Source of the DNA: a virus
Taxonomy: Duplodnaviria > Caudoviricetes
Reading direction: 5' to 3' (one strand)
Virus record (IMG/VR): IMGVR_UViG_3300032311_000698
Span: 1 to 59,671 of that record
DNA: 59,671 bases
Part shown: in pieces, positions 1 to 10,493 of the stretch
How the letters are laid out: the number at the start of each line of letters is the position of its first letter
How positions within the stretch are numbered: the first letter of the stretch is position 1
Program-made: the position numbers and the translations under genes
The notes under the pieces: model-generated
What the model saw: the letters and a program-made list of their open reading frames with translations, nothing else
Database searches by the model: none
Told to the model about the DNA's origin: nothing

Positions 1-123
1 AACCAGACTTAAAGACGTGCAGTCGGCATTGTCGATCTACAACTCTCTTCGCCGTGGCGACGAGAAATCGTCAGTTGTTCGCGCCCGTATCGATTCAATG
101 TTTGATGGTGCGGCTCCTTACGA
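1..123. repeat. Terminal direct repeat (circular assembly overlap), copy 1
   Basis: Bases 1-123 (AACCAGACTT...CCTTACGA) are identical to 59549-59671 and lie inside the portal ORF, so this is an assembly overlap rather than a physical DTR. Confidence 0.95.
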
Positions 124-2194
124 TGCGGGCAAGCTCGCCTCTAGCGGACAACAACTCAAGACAAACCTAAACTTCGGAGATGCCCAACGCTTGTTGGACA
201 TTTCGCTTTCGGCTTACGTCGATCTCTACAGTTCCCTCGAAAAGCTCGTCGAAGTGAAGGGAACGTTCGGAGAGAAAAGCCAGATGAGTTACAAAGAAGA
301 TGTGATCGCCGAAGAGGTGACGCACATGCTTCGCAACTGGCCAGAATTTCATAGCTCCTATCTCCGTCTCTGCACCACATTCATCAAGCACGGAGTTGGC
401 GTTGCCTACTTCGACAATCCAGACGAGTGGCGTTTTCGTGTCGGTAGCTTTGCTGATATCCTCATCCCTCGCCAGACCCCGTCTAGTGAGAACTCAGTCG
501 ATGTGGCTGTCATTCGTCGCGAATATCTTTTGCACGAACTCTACTCATTCGTCCGTAACGAAGAGGTCGCAGTTAAAGTTGGGTGGAACCCAGACGAAGT
601 AAAACGTATCATCACCAAAAACGTCAAGACAACTGGCCGACGCTATTCCGAAGGTGGTTCTCTCTACACAGATTGGGAAGCAATCCAACAGGAGCTGAAG
701 AATAATGACTTATATACCGGACTACAGAACCCCACTGTGTCCATTTTACACTACCTTATCCGCGAAATGGACGGCACTGTCTCGCACTTCATTTGCGCCG
801 AAGACTCCCCGAAAGACTTTTGCTACAAGAAACTTTCTCGTTATTCGTCGCCAGAACAGGCTTACGTCATGTTTACATACGGCGTTGGTTCCAACGGAAC
901 CTACCACTCCATACGTGGTTTGGGCCAGCGCATTTTCAACCACATCCAGACTAGTAACCGTCTCCGTTGCCAGATGATCGACGGCGCGATGCTGTCTTCC
1001 GCTGTGATGCTACAGCCGGAATCACAACGCGCTCTGGATGAGTTGCAGTTCACCTATTATGGTGCGTATGCCATTGTGTCACCTAACGTGAAGATCGTCG
1101 AGAAGGCGATCCCGAACTTGTCGCAAGCTGTGATGCCAGCGTTGCAGGATCTCACGACACAGCTTCAGCTCAATACCGACACCGTCTCGACCTACGGACC
1201 AAACCAGTCGTCTCCGTACAAGAACCAGATGCAAGTGGTCGCCGACATGGATGTCGCTACCAGACTGTCTGGCGCTTCGCTTAACTTGTTCTACGCAGCA
1301 TGGACTCGCCTGATGCGTGAGGTCGTCCGCCGTATCGTCGAAAACAAAAGGCCAGACTCAGTTATTAAGGAATTCTACAAACGTTGCGCCGATCGCGGTG
1401 TCGAGGCAGAGTTCATCAAGAAGCTCGACCTCAGCAAAACGAAGGCGGTTCGCTCTATCGGAAACGGCTCCTACGCAAACCGTCTTGTCGCTCTCCGTGA
1501 GATGCAGGCAATGGCTGGTACGTTCGATGAGGTCGGTCGCCGTAACCTTACTCGCGATATTGTCAGCACACGCGTCGGCCACGATCTTGCCGACCGCTAC
1601 GTTCCCGCCAATGTTGAGGAACGCCCAACCGTTGACCTCAAGATCGCGTTCTTTGAGAACCAGCAACTTCAGGCCGGACAGCCCGTTCCTGTTGTGCCAA
1701 ATGAGATGCACGGAATGCACTTGCAGACCCACTTGCCAGTGCTCAACCAGATCATCGAACAGATCAATGTCGGACAGGCGGATCCGCAACAAGTGTTGCC
1801 GATGCTCCAAGCGTTCTACCAGCATATCGGAGAAACGCTCCAGTTTGCCTCTGGTGACCCTTCGTTGCAATCGATGGTCAGTCAGGCCAAACAGATCATG
1901 CAATTCGCTGAGGAGGCTATTAACAACACTAGCAAGGCACTCCAGAAGATCCAGCGTGATCAAATGGCAGAGCAGGAGCAGACGGCTGCCGAAGGCGGGC
2001 AACCGCAACAGGCAGGACCGAATCCAATTGACCTCAAGATGCAAGAGCATCAAATGAAAATGGATATGGCTCGCCAGAAAGCAGAGCTTGACTTTCAAAT
2101 CCGCCAGCGTAAAGCTGACCAAGACGTCGCCATTCGCGACTCCAAAGCGGCGCTTGAATTCAGAAAAATGAATCCTCCCCAAGAGGAACAGTAA
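17..2194 (+). CDS. Portal (head-tail connector) protein; true start is ATG 59478 across the circular join (~754 aa)
   Basis: Size, Gln-rich coiled-coil C-terminus and first position in the portal-small ORF-scaffold-capsid order; the frame continues upstream from 59478 (MSSTHLDIDG...RLKDVQSALS). Confidence 0.75.
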   Translation: MQSALSIYNSLRRGDEKSSVVRARIDSMFDGAAPYDAGKLASSGQQLKTNLNFGDAQRLLDISLSAYVDLYSSLEKLVEVKGTFGEKSQMSYKEDVIAEEVTHMLRNWPEFHSSYLRLCTTFIKHGVGVAYFDNPDEWRFRVGSFADILIPRQTPSSENSVDVAVIRREYLLHELYSFVRNEEVAVKVGWNPDEVKRIITKNVKTTGRRYSEGGSLYTDWEAIQQELKNNDLYTGLQNPTVSILHYLIREMDGTVSHFICAEDSPKDFCYKKLSRYSSPEQAYVMFTYGVGSNGTYHSIRGLGQRIFNHIQTSNRLRCQMIDGAMLSSAVMLQPESQRALDELQFTYYGAYAIVSPNVKIVEKAIPNLSQAVMPALQDLTTQLQLNTDTVSTYGPNQSSPYKNQMQVVADMDVATRLSGASLNLFYAAWTRLMREVVRRIVENKRPDSVIKEFYKRCADRGVEAEFIKKLDLSKTKAVRSIGNGSYANRLVALREMQAMAGTFDEVGRRNLTRDIVSTRVGHDLADRYVPANVEERPTVDLKIAFFENQQLQAGQPVPVVPNEMHGMHLQTHLPVLNQIIEQINVGQADPQQVLPMLQAFYQHIGETLQFASGDPSLQSMVSQAKQIMQFAEEAINNTSKALQKIQRDQMAEQEQTAAEGGQPQQAGPNPIDLKMQEHQMKMDMARQKAELDFQIRQRKADQDVAIRDSKAALEFRKMNPPQEEQ

Positions 2195-2197
2195 AAT

Positions 2198-2503
2198 ATG
2201 GCATCAAAGAAAATACCTCTGCCGATTCCTGTGGATCGGTGGTTCAACGACATTAAATCCGTGGAAGAGTTGCGTGAGACGCTCGACTCCGAATCGTTCC
2301 AAACAGCGGTCGCGATCTTGAAAGAGATCTCTGGCCCAACACACGCTACACTTGCTGACGCAGACACTAACAATCTCCGTCTTGCATGGTACGCTGGTTA
2401 TCGAGACGCCTTCAGCGACCTCCAGAAACTCACAAAGTTCCCCACCACTACTAGAACACAAACCACCAATACTGAATGGACTCATATAACGCCGAACCCG
2501 TAA
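2198..2503 (+). CDS. Hypothetical protein between portal and scaffold
   Basis: 101-aa ORF tightly packed in the head operon. Confidence 0.7.
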   Translation: MASKKIPLPIPVDRWFNDIKSVEELRETLDSESFQTAVAILKEISGPTHATLADADTNNLRLAWYAGYRDAFSDLQKLTKFPTTTRTQTTNTEWTHITPNP

Positions 2504-3624
2504 CGGAATCCCCAGCCGTCGAACAGCTTTTAGATACCGCACCACAGTCATCTTTCGCAGATGCACTTGACGCTGCATTCGCAAAGCTCGATGTAACCCC
2601 ATCCGGCGACCCGAATCCTGAATCGTCCACCCCCGAACCATTAGCCACGGATCAGGATTCAGGGCAGACCACTACCGCCGCCGAATCCGTTGAAGACGAC
2701 CTGCTCGAGCAGCTGACCGAAGAGGTGGACTGGACCCCGAAAGCGGCCAACCGTTTCAAGCAACTTAAAGAGGAACTGAAAGGCAGCCGGTCCGAACTGG
2801 ACCGACTCCGCCAGCTCTCCAAGGAGCAGGAGTCAAAGCTACAAGAGCTGTCCGCCATCGCGGAGAACAAGGACATCGAACAGCTCCAGTCCCGCATCGC
2901 GGAGTACGAGCAAGAGAAGATGTTCACGAATCTTGAGCAGACGACCGCCTACCAAGAGGCCGTTACCAAACCACTCGCTTCTTTGATGGAGCAGGCAGAC
3001 CAGATCGCCGACAAATATGATATCGACTCAAACTCCCTCATTGACGTACTCGCGCTCGATAATCCAGAAGCGCAAGACGAGCGTCTTTCTGAGCTGATGC
3101 CACACGCGTCAGACCGCGATAAGGCCCGCATTTACCGCATTATTGAGGAAATCAACCCTATTTTGGAACGCCGCAAGTCGCTGTTTGACAACGTTGAAGA
3201 AGCCTCAAAAGAAGCGTTGCTGCTCGAAGAGACCCGCCAAAAGCAGGATCTGGTCGAACGCGCCCGCTTGCGGGACAACGTAACGCGCAACGTTATGGAG
3301 CGAATCACCGAAAAGCTCCCGTTTGTGAAGGCACTCGACGGTCTCGACATCAACGCGATCCAGAACAAAGCCGCTTCGGTCGATCCTTCGGTGATCCATC
3401 CGGTTGACTTTGCCTACAACGCGGTATCGGCACAGCTGTTGCCGCCCATGGTACGCGAATTGATGGCGATGCGGAAAGAGAACGAAGCCCTCACAGACAA
3501 ACTGGCTGAGTACGAGAACGCCGAACCGAAGATGTCCGGCGCTACCGGAAGTGGCAAACGTCCTTCCGGCGGTGTTGAAGGCAACTTCATCGACGCAATC
3601 AACCGTGCGTTTGGCGGGTCCTAA
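2476..3624 (+). CDS. Putative capsid scaffolding protein
   Basis: Acidic disordered N-terminus and long coiled coils; sits directly before the major capsid gene. Confidence 0.65.
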   Translation: MDSYNAEPVTESPAVEQLLDTAPQSSFADALDAAFAKLDVTPSGDPNPESSTPEPLATDQDSGQTTTAAESVEDDLLEQLTEEVDWTPKAANRFKQLKEELKGSRSELDRLRQLSKEQESKLQELSAIAENKDIEQLQSRIAEYEQEKMFTNLEQTTAYQEAVTKPLASLMEQADQIADKYDIDSNSLIDVLALDNPEAQDERLSELMPHASDRDKARIYRIIEEINPILERRKSLFDNVEEASKEALLLEETRQKQDLVERARLRDNVTRNVMERITEKLPFVKALDGLDINAIQNKAASVDPSVIHPVDFAYNAVSAQLLPPMVRELMAMRKENEALTDKLAEYENAEPKMSGATGSGKRPSGGVEGNFIDAINRAFGGS

Positions 3625-3650
3625 CCGTTAAGCGATTTTACATCAATGTT

Positions 3651-3680
3651 AAAAGGGGGTTGACAACAACCCCCTTTTTT
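3651..3680. terminator. Bidirectional intrinsic terminator overlapping the capsid promoter
   Basis: AAAAGGGGGTTG-ACAA-CAACCCCCTTTTTT. Confidence 0.75.
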
Positions 3681-3688
3681 CGTAGTTT
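3660..3688 (+). promoter_or_regulatory. sigma70-type promoter for the major capsid gene
   Basis: TTGACA (3660) - 17 nt - TAGTTT (3683). Confidence 0.6.
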
Positions 3689-3896
3689 TACAGCAACGAC
3701 GAATCCGACGGTTGCTCTGGCCATTAAGCAGTTCTATAAGGATCGTAGTAAAATGGACTTTGTTCCTAACAAAACACCCGCTAAATGGAAGATTGATCGG
3801 CCCGCTCTGTGCCATGAAACAGTTCTAATGTGATCAATTGGAAGTAAGGCACTCTGTCTATTAACCCCCTTTTCTATAACCCCCACTTTTAATATT

Positions 3897-5228
3897 ATGT
3901 CCACATTCGATCTTGGCTCCGGCCTTACCGCAATCAACACCATCCTCGCTGAAGAAGCAAACCGTATCGGTCAGGATGTCTACAAGCGTACCCTCCACAC
4001 CTCTCCGTGGATGGATCTCGTTAAGCAGTCCGCCTTCCCTGAAGGCATGGGCTATCAACTGACCACCCTTGTGTATGACCGCACGATCCCCGCTACCGCT
4101 ACTTCCGGTTCCGGCGTTCAAGGCGTCACATGGAGCAATCTTGGAACCATCAACGCTAGTGCAAACGCCTTCAACACTTCGGACATCAACCAGCCCCTCA
4201 AGGACGCTGCTGACGATGTCCAAGGCGGTCGTGGTTCGTCTTCTACTGATCGTCGTTCGTATGTTCAGTTCAGCAAGCAACTCAAGCAGTACAGCATCAG
4301 CCGTGCCGTTATCGAGTCGCCACGCATCTCGCTCGAAGACCTCCGCTTTGCAGCACATCGTCAAGAGCAGCTTCGCGCTATCCTTGACGTGCTTACCGAG
4401 TCGAGCCGCTACACATGGGAAAACCGTTATCGCGACGAGTACGAGAAGACAGCAGCGAACCTTGTTCCCTGCCTTGCTACCAGCACTCCAATCGTGACTG
4501 TCATCGACCAATCGGCCACTACGCTGTTTGAAGGCAAACAGATCGCCGAAGTTGATTTCACCAACGACTTCGTTTCGAGCGGTTCGTCTGACGACTACAC
4601 GCCGACCGCCAACATCAGCAACAAGATCCTCGACACGCTGTACTTCCAGCTCGTCCGTCGTGGCGCTTCCGCTGAGTCGTACGGCAAGGAAAACGGTCGT
4701 CCGGTGTTCGCAGTCGTCCTCAGCTCTGAGGCTTCCTACGCGCTCCAAACCGAAGCTGGCTTCCGCGACGATGTTCGCTACAACAACTCGAAGGTGTCTG
4801 ACCTCATCGCTCCGTTGGGCGTCGAGAAATCGTTCCGTGGTTTCTACCATCTGGTTGACGATCTCGCTCCTCGCTTCACGATTGCTTCTGGTACAGCCAC
4901 TCGCGTTCAGCCCTACACCGTCACCAACGGCATCACCAGCTACAACGCTGCTTATGACACCGCTGACTACGAAGCCGCTTACATCATCCACCCGCATGTG
5001 ATGGAGTCGCAGATCCCGAACCCGATGTCGGGCTCGAACGGTCTGACCTTCAATCCCGTCAACTATCGCGGTGACTTCAAGTGGACCAACATCCTCAACG
5101 AAATCACTAACCCTGACGGCACGACTGGTTTCTTCCGTGGCATCCTTGCCAGCGCGACGAAGCCGATCAAGACTGAGTTGGGATATGTGATTCTGTTCAA
5201 GCGCAACAGCACCACCCCCGCTGCCTAA
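3897..5228 (+). CDS. Major capsid protein
   Basis: 443 aa, follows the scaffold, strongly biased codon usage, followed by a 14-bp hairpin. Confidence 0.75.
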   Translation: MSTFDLGSGLTAINTILAEEANRIGQDVYKRTLHTSPWMDLVKQSAFPEGMGYQLTTLVYDRTIPATATSGSGVQGVTWSNLGTINASANAFNTSDINQPLKDAADDVQGGRGSSSTDRRSYVQFSKQLKQYSISRAVIESPRISLEDLRFAAHRQEQLRAILDVLTESSRYTWENRYRDEYEKTAANLVPCLATSTPIVTVIDQSATTLFEGKQIAEVDFTNDFVSSGSSDDYTPTANISNKILDTLYFQLVRRGASAESYGKENGRPVFAVVLSSEASYALQTEAGFRDDVRYNNSKVSDLIAPLGVEKSFRGFYHLVDDLAPRFTIASGTATRVQPYTVTNGITSYNAAYDTADYEAAYIIHPHVMESQIPNPMSGSNGLTFNPVNYRGDFKWTNILNEITNPDGTTGFFRGILASATKPIKTELGYVILFKRNSTTPAA

Positions 5229-5235
5229 TCAAATC

Positions 5236-5268
5236 GCTAAGGGGTTCCCATAACGGGAACCCCTTAGC
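5236..5268. terminator. Perfect 14-bp stem-loop after the capsid gene (no U tract)
   Basis: GCTAAGGGGTTCCC-ATAAC-GGGAACCCCTTAGC. Confidence 0.6.
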
Positions 5269-5286
5269 ACATCCCCCAATACGACT

Positions 5287-5712
5287 ATGCCTACGCTCGA
5301 CGACCTTCCAACTCTTGCAACGAATTCGACACCGACTGGCGATGACCTTCTTCCTGTTTACGACCTCACGGCGACTGGTTCGTCGAAAGTTCGTAAGCTC
5401 CCGCTGAACGCTATCTTCGGCCTCGCGCCTACTGGCGATGTTGTAACTGCTGTTGCTGGCACGATCACAGTGACCTCTAAGCTCACTCTGATTACTTCCG
5501 GCACGACCAGTACTGTCAACCTCCCGCTTCCTTCTGGAGTTATTCGTGACATCATCGTCATGAACGGTGGTTCCGGTACAGCTACTGCCACATCGGCGAC
5601 GGCGAACATCAAAACATCTGCTGCGACTACTGCCGCAACTACTGCTAATATCCTTACAGCTACTACCGCTCGCTTCTTGAGCGATGGTACTTTCTGGTAT
5701 CGCACCCACTAA
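5287..5712 (+). CDS. Putative head decoration/minor capsid protein
   Basis: Thr/Ala-rich beta-type 141-aa protein right after the capsid gene, ending FLSDGTFWY. Confidence 0.5.
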   Translation: MPTLDDLPTLATNSTPTGDDLLPVYDLTATGSSKVRKLPLNAIFGLAPTGDVVTAVAGTITVTSKLTLITSGTTSTVNLPLPSGVIRDIIVMNGGSGTATATSATANIKTSAATTAATTANILTATTARFLSDGTFWYRTH

Positions 5713-5722
5713 ACCCTAATCG

Positions 5723-5753
5723 GGAACCCTACACTCCGATAGTGTAGGGTTCC
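5723..5753. terminator. Perfect 13-bp stem-loop (no U tract)
   Basis: GGAACCCTACACT-CCGAT-AGTGTAGGGTTCC. Confidence 0.55.
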
Positions 5754-5797
5754 TGCTCCCTGTATCCTGTATAGTGTAGCTCTAACACTCCTTTATT

Positions 5798-6640
5798 ATG
5801 GCTGACCTAACTGCTCTGGAAGCAATCGAAAAGCGTATCGCGGAATCTGGACGCCCGATGACACGTGCTGAATCAAGTACTCTCGCCCCCCTTCGTATTA
5901 AACGCCGCAGGGATGAAGATGCTATGGCAGAACAATCGCGTCCTAAGACACGTGCTGAAGCTGCCACACGAATGAAGCAAGCAACAGCTCCAGCTGAAGC
6001 CGATCGCTATAAAGGACTCCGCGACGTTGCAGCTAAAGTTGGAGAAGCCGTACTCGATACTGCCACTCAAGGCATGTATTCTGCCACTAAACTAGCTGCA
6101 CCAGCAGTCAAAAGTGCTGTTGAATTTTTGGGTCGTGAGTCCAGCCAGCCTGTGCGAAATCGCGCTGAAGCTGCGACTTACATGAAGAATCGTCAGACGG
6201 CTGCTACTTCGACTCCGGAATCTCCTGTTCCGGCAACTGCTCCAGTTCCTGCTACTGCTACTGCTACTGCTACCACCCCCGCGAATCAATCGACAGAAGC
6301 CCCCTCGCCGTCCTATGGGCGTTCCGATGAGGCAATCGCTGAAATGGAGGCAGCTCGAAATAAACCCACTTCTGCCCCCTCGCCGTCCTATGGGCGTTCC
6401 GATGAGGCAATCGCTGAAATGGAGGCAGCTCGAAATCAGGCTCCTAAAGCCGCTCCAGAGATCCCCGAAGACCGCATGAACGCCCTCTTCCGAAAAACGA
6501 TGGGAACTGCTTTCGATCCCAAATCCAAAATGGATGCTGGCAGGATGCAACAGCTCCGTGATTTCGTTAGCAACAATCCGGACGCTCTCAACAAGTCCGA
6601 CACTAAGATCGCACTAGACTACTACCGCACACTCAAATGA
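5798..6640 (+). CDS. Hypothetical low-complexity virion-associated protein with internal duplication
   Basis: 280 aa; repeated TRAE(A/S) motifs; duplicated APSPSYGRSDEAIAEMEAARN. Confidence 0.65.
   Translation: MADLTALEAIEKRIAESGRPMTRAESSTLAPLRIKRRRDEDAMAEQSRPKTRAEAATRMKQATAPAEADRYKGLRDVAAKVGEAVLDTATQGMYSATKLAAPAVKSAVEFLGRESSQPVRNRAEAATYMKNRQTAATSTPESPVPATAPVPATATATATTPANQSTEAPSPSYGRSDEAIAEMEAARNKPTSAPSPSYGRSDEAIAEMEAARNQAPKAAPEIPEDRMNALFRKTMGTAFDPKSKMDAGRMQQLRDFVSNNPDALNKSDTKIALDYYRTLK
6299..6436 (+). repeat. 63-bp perfect direct repeat, period 75 bp
   Basis: 6299-6361 = 6374-6436. Confidence 0.9.
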
Positions 6641-6990
6641 AATCCCACATCCCTATTCCAGAAGGCTTGAAACTTCCTGCTGATGCAGAGACGAAGCCGT
6701 TTACCGCTGAAGTTGAATTCCTTGTAATGGACGGCATGTTGATGCCCGTTTCTGTTGCTGGAAAACCACTTCCTCAAGAAGAGCCAGAAATGGAAGAGGA
6801 AGGCGAGTACGAAGAAGAAGGCGCTGAAGGCGAAGCCGAAATGGAAGGCGAAGGCGAAGGCGAAATGTGCTCAGAGTGCGGCGGCGACAAAGAGAAATGT
6901 CGTTGTGGCAAGATGGGCAAAGGCAGTGGCGGAGAAGGCGGCGGATTCATGGTCGCTATCGAACGCGCACTGGCACAACCGAAGCGTTAA
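6637..6990 (+). CDS. Acidic hypothetical protein with Cys cluster
   Basis: Glu/Gly-rich tract followed by CSECGGDKEKCRC. Confidence 0.65.
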   Translation: MKSHIPIPEGLKLPADAETKPFTAEVEFLVMDGMLMPVSVAGKPLPQEEPEMEEEGEYEEEGAEGEAEMEGEGEGEMCSECGGDKEKCRCGKMGKGSGGEGGGFMVAIERALAQPKR

Positions 6991-6993
6991 GCC

Positions 6994-7022
6994 TTGACAT
7001 AGAGCTGGCGAATAACTATATT
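6994..7022 (+). promoter_or_regulatory. sigma70-type promoter, near-leaderless
   Basis: TTGACA - 17 nt - TATATT; ATG 7033 follows 10 nt later. Confidence 0.65.
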
Positions 7023-7032
7023 TGCCATCGTA

Positions 7033-7374
7033 ATGTCCGCAGCAAACTACGATCTCTCCATCTCTTGCGGCGAGGACTTCAACTTCACGTTGCGAGTCCT
7101 TGACGCCTTTGACGACCCAATCAATTTTACTGGATCTAGCTACATTGCAGAGATCCGCGAGGAACACAAGAAGCCGCTCATTGCTGCCTTTACAGTAACT
7201 GTTGTAGGTGCAGCAACTGACGGAACACTCAAGTTTGCCTTAACGGATACCCAAACAAAGCTCATCAGCCCCACTCGAAAGTACAAGTGGGACTTCTTTT
7301 GGACCCAATCTGGCGTAACAACTAAACTTCTTTACGGCAGTGTGACTGCTGTATCCAACATCAGTAACTTGTAA
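7033..7374 (+). CDS. Putative tail-fibre attachment/adaptor protein (paralog 1)
   Basis: AANYDLSI...YKWDFF...LLYGSVT; clearly paralogous to 10112-10489; precedes a fibre gene. Confidence 0.6.
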   Translation: MSAANYDLSISCGEDFNFTLRVLDAFDDPINFTGSSYIAEIREEHKKPLIAAFTVTVVGAATDGTLKFALTDTQTKLISPTRKYKWDFFWTQSGVTTKLLYGSVTAVSNISNL

Positions 7375-9488
7375 TGGCCTCTAACGAATCATCTAAATAC
7401 AAGTTGTCCGTCACTGAAGGGGCTGAATACAAGTTGTCCGTCGTTGACGGTACAGAGCTTCAGTTATCGTTGAACGGAGCCACTGGTGCTACTGGACCAG
7501 CCAACGTTTTGACGATTGGCACTGTCACGACTGGAGAAACTGGTGTATCAGCCGCCGCCACTATTACTGGTTCCAGCCCTTCGCAAGTACTGAATCTAAC
7601 TTTGCCGAAAGGTAATACTGGTGCTACTGGCGCTACTGGACCAACTGGCGCTACTGGACCAACTGGCGCTACTGGACCAACTGGACCAACTGGACCAACT
7701 GGCCCAACTGGCGCTACTGGCCCGCAAGGACCAACTGGCGCTACTGGCCCAACTGGCCCGCAAGGATTGGCTGGAGATAAGTACCAGACCACTTCGTCAA
7801 CGAGTCTATTGATTCCAGCAATTGGATCGACAATTACTCTTACTGTTGGCACTGGTTTATCTTATAGCACAAACCAGACGGTTTTGATTTCTCACGATAT
7901 TAGCAACCACATTCACGCTGAAATTAATACCTATAATTCGACTACTGGTGTAATGACCGCTGTAGTCACAGATACTGATGGCAGCGGTACATACTCTTCA
8001 TGGGTTGTTAATCTCTCAGGCGCTGTCGGCGCGGCTGGTCCACAAGGCTCTACAGGCGCTACTGGCCCAACTGGCGCTACTGGTCCGACTGGCCCAACTG
8101 GCGCTACCGGAGCTACTGGTCCAACCGGAGCTACTGGCCCACAAGGACCGACTGGTGCTACCGGAGCCACCGGAGCTGCTGGCCCGAACACAATCACGAC
8201 TTCAACAACATCGAACCTGACTGGCTTTATCGCTGCGAACGGAACGGCAGTCAGCGGAGCAACAGCGGGAGCCACCGCAGCTACCGCCAACACGCTAGCT
8301 CTGCGGGATGCAACAGGCGGGTCGAACTTCGCAGCCGTCGGTGCTACGAGCATTACATCGAGCGGGGCAATCTCTGCGACTGGAGCCAACTCCAGCATCA
8401 CCACAAACGGATTGGACGCCTACATCTACACAGGCGGAGACAACGCCAGCATCGGCACAAACGGAGACAACGCCTACATCTACACAGGCGGAGACTACGC
8501 CAGCATCTACACAAACGGAGCCAACGCCACCATCTTCACAAGCGGAGCCAACGCCAGCATCAGCACAAACGGAGACAACGCCTACATCCAGTCTCGTTCC
8601 ACCTTCAAGCTATACAACGGCGATTACACTACCACGCTATCCCACAGCCCGACAGCCAACCGAGCGATTGCGTTCCCCGACAAGACGGGCTCGCTCGCGA
8701 TGATCGACGCGGAGACGCACACCGGAGCGCACGCGTTTAGCAGCACCACCCGCCCGACATCAGCAGGCACGGGCACGCCAGCGGCGACGAGCTTAGTCAC
8801 ACTTGCTGATGTAAGCAACTTTTCTCATTTCAGCCGCGATCTTTTCCGCAGCCTTACTCTTAACGCATCCGGTGTTGGTGCGACAGTTAGACGCAATACA
8901 GCCGTGATAGGAGTTTATGATGGCGATCTCTTAACAACCTCGATCAATGGATCATACGTTCGCACACAGATTGTTGGTGGATCTATTGATAATTATTATG
9001 ATAGTGTATCTGCTGTCTCTTTCTCCCGACCTTGGACTCTGTTTACAAAAGTAGCTCTTAATCTCACAGCTAATACTCAGTTCTACCTTGGAGTGGGAGT
9101 TGATGCAACTACAGGCATTCCATCATCCGGCACAAATATCGGCTTTCAATTCACTTCTAACAATGCTGTCAGACTCTGGAGATGCAACGGCGGCGCAGCG
9201 ACATTTTCCACGGCTGGCGCAGTTTCCAATCTACCGGTTTCCTACCCCTACACAGGGTTCCACTACATCTGGCTCGAATGTGTAGGAAATGGCACAATCA
9301 ATCTATATCTCAATTATGCCGCCTTTGGCTCCGCTCCCCAAATCAAACCATCAACTGCTCTCTGCACACTGACAGGCGTGGGAGCATCTGCAAGTGCGCG
9401 AGGGATCAGCAGTTTCCTCTATGCAACAGGCGCGCCCGGCGGATTTACATCCCATGCAATCGGAGATTGTCGATTCCTTGAATTTTAA
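7374..9488 (+). CDS. Collagen-like tail fibre / receptor-binding protein
   Basis: Two (Gly-X-Y)n tracts (GPT/GAT/GPQ), 10-aa TNGDNAYIY-type repeats, beta-rich C-terminal domain. Confidence 0.75.
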   Translation: MASNESSKYKLSVTEGAEYKLSVVDGTELQLSLNGATGATGPANVLTIGTVTTGETGVSAAATITGSSPSQVLNLTLPKGNTGATGATGPTGATGPTGATGPTGPTGPTGPTGATGPQGPTGATGPTGPQGLAGDKYQTTSSTSLLIPAIGSTITLTVGTGLSYSTNQTVLISHDISNHIHAEINTYNSTTGVMTAVVTDTDGSGTYSSWVVNLSGAVGAAGPQGSTGATGPTGATGPTGPTGATGATGPTGATGPQGPTGATGATGAAGPNTITTSTTSNLTGFIAANGTAVSGATAGATAATANTLALRDATGGSNFAAVGATSITSSGAISATGANSSITTNGLDAYIYTGGDNASIGTNGDNAYIYTGGDYASIYTNGANATIFTSGANASISTNGDNAYIQSRSTFKLYNGDYTTTLSHSPTANRAIAFPDKTGSLAMIDAETHTGAHAFSSTTRPTSAGTGTPAATSLVTLADVSNFSHFSRDLFRSLTLNASGVGATVRRNTAVIGVYDGDLLTTSINGSYVRTQIVGGSIDNYYDSVSAVSFSRPWTLFTKVALNLTANTQFYLGVGVDATTGIPSSGTNIGFQFTSNNAVRLWRCNGGAATFSTAGAVSNLPVSYPYTGFHYIWLECVGNGTINLYLNYAAFGSAPQIKPSTALCTLTGVGASASARGISSFLYATGAPGGFTSHAIGDCRFLEF

Positions 9489-9493
9489 AATCC

Positions 9494-9838
9494 ATGACCA
9501 CACCACACACCACCGCCGCTACCATCGCTGAGATCATCTCCAGCGTGCCTGCATTCGTCGTCTCTCAGATGGCACGGGCATACAGCCTCGCCAACACGCC
9601 AGACCAGCAGCAGGCCATCCTCGACGCAATGCCCGATTTCGGAGTCACACCCGTGCAGGCGCTCACGCTTTACGTCACAATGCAGACCGCGCTGGCATCC
9701 ATCGGACTCGCTGCCAACCTGCCTGTCGCCGACCTGACGATTTTCCAATCGCAGCCGGATGGCAGCGTGCTTTATGTCGCACCGCCTGAGCCTGAACAGG
9801 AACCCTTAATCCTTGACCCTGAACCCTCTACCCTGTAA
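9494..9838 (+). CDS. Hypothetical protein, possible fibre assembly chaperone
   Basis: 114-aa ORF directly after the fibre gene. Confidence 0.5.
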   Translation: MTTPHTTAATIAEIISSVPAFVVSQMARAYSLANTPDQQQAILDAMPDFGVTPVQALTLYVTMQTALASIGLAANLPVADLTIFQSQPDGSVLYVAPPEPEQEPLILDPEPSTL

Positions 9839-9847
9839 CCTACACCT

Positions 9848-10102
9848 ATGACTGATACTATCCTCAAACAAAACTCTGGTCGCGGCGGTGCTGTAATTGT
9901 GACCGCTACAACCGTTCCTGCTGGTGATTACTGTGCCATGCAGTGGGTTACTTCTGGCACAATTACGACGGCCCTCAACGCACCACTCCTTACCGGAACC
10001 CAAACGTCGATCACCTATCCAGCATTACTCCGCATTGATACCCCCATTACTGGCGGCACTGGCGTAATTACTGGAACAGCTATCTTCTACAAAGCTATTT
10101 AA
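9848..10102 (+). CDS. Small beta-rich virion protein (putative)
   Basis: 84 aa, Thr/Gly-rich, within the tail operon. Confidence 0.55.
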   Translation: MTDTILKQNSGRGGAVIVTATTVPAGDYCAMQWVTSGTITTALNAPLLTGTQTSITYPALLRIDTPITGGTGVITGTAIFYKAI

Positions 10103-10111
10103 GCTGAACCA

Positions 10112-10489
10112 ATGTTAGCCGCCAACTACGACATCACCATTGATCGGGCAGCTGAATACAGCTTCGTTCTGACTATCCAGAATCAGCTGAAGCAGCCGAT
10201 TGATCTGGACCCACCAGCGGCGGCAGCTTTCGACTTTTATGCCGACATCCGCGATGCCAACACTAAGAAAGAAGTGGTCTCGTTTACAGCAACAATCCTT
10301 GACGACGGCAACAACGGTCAAGTAGCCTTTAACCTTACCGAAGCCAACACTCTGTTGCTGAAGCCTTCTGGCAGCTACGAGTACGACATCTTCATGCGAC
10401 GCGGAAGCGTTATGGAACGTTTGCTTTACGGCTCCGTTACGGTTCGAGCCAACATTACCAAAGGAGCACCAGTAGACCCAATCAGTTAA
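10112..10489 (+). CDS. Putative tail-fibre attachment/adaptor protein (paralog 2)
   Basis: AANYDITI...YEYDIF...LLYGSVT; precedes the second fibre gene. Confidence 0.6.
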   Translation: MLAANYDITIDRAAEYSFVLTIQNQLKQPIDLDPPAAAAFDFYADIRDANTKKEVVSFTATILDDGNNGQVAFNLTEANTLLLKPSGSYEYDIFMRRGSVMERLLYGSVTVRANITKGAPVDPIS

Positions 10490-10493
10490 GACC

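Noticed and set aside
1-123. End repeat as a physical direct terminal repeat
   Set aside because: It lies inside the portal coding sequence and has the character of an assembler overlap
3861-4997. Long antisense ORFs (also 1358-2182, 42216-43199, 52286-53713, 53620-54369)
   Set aside because: They are shadows of codon-biased genes on the opposite strand, with no motifs or expression signals
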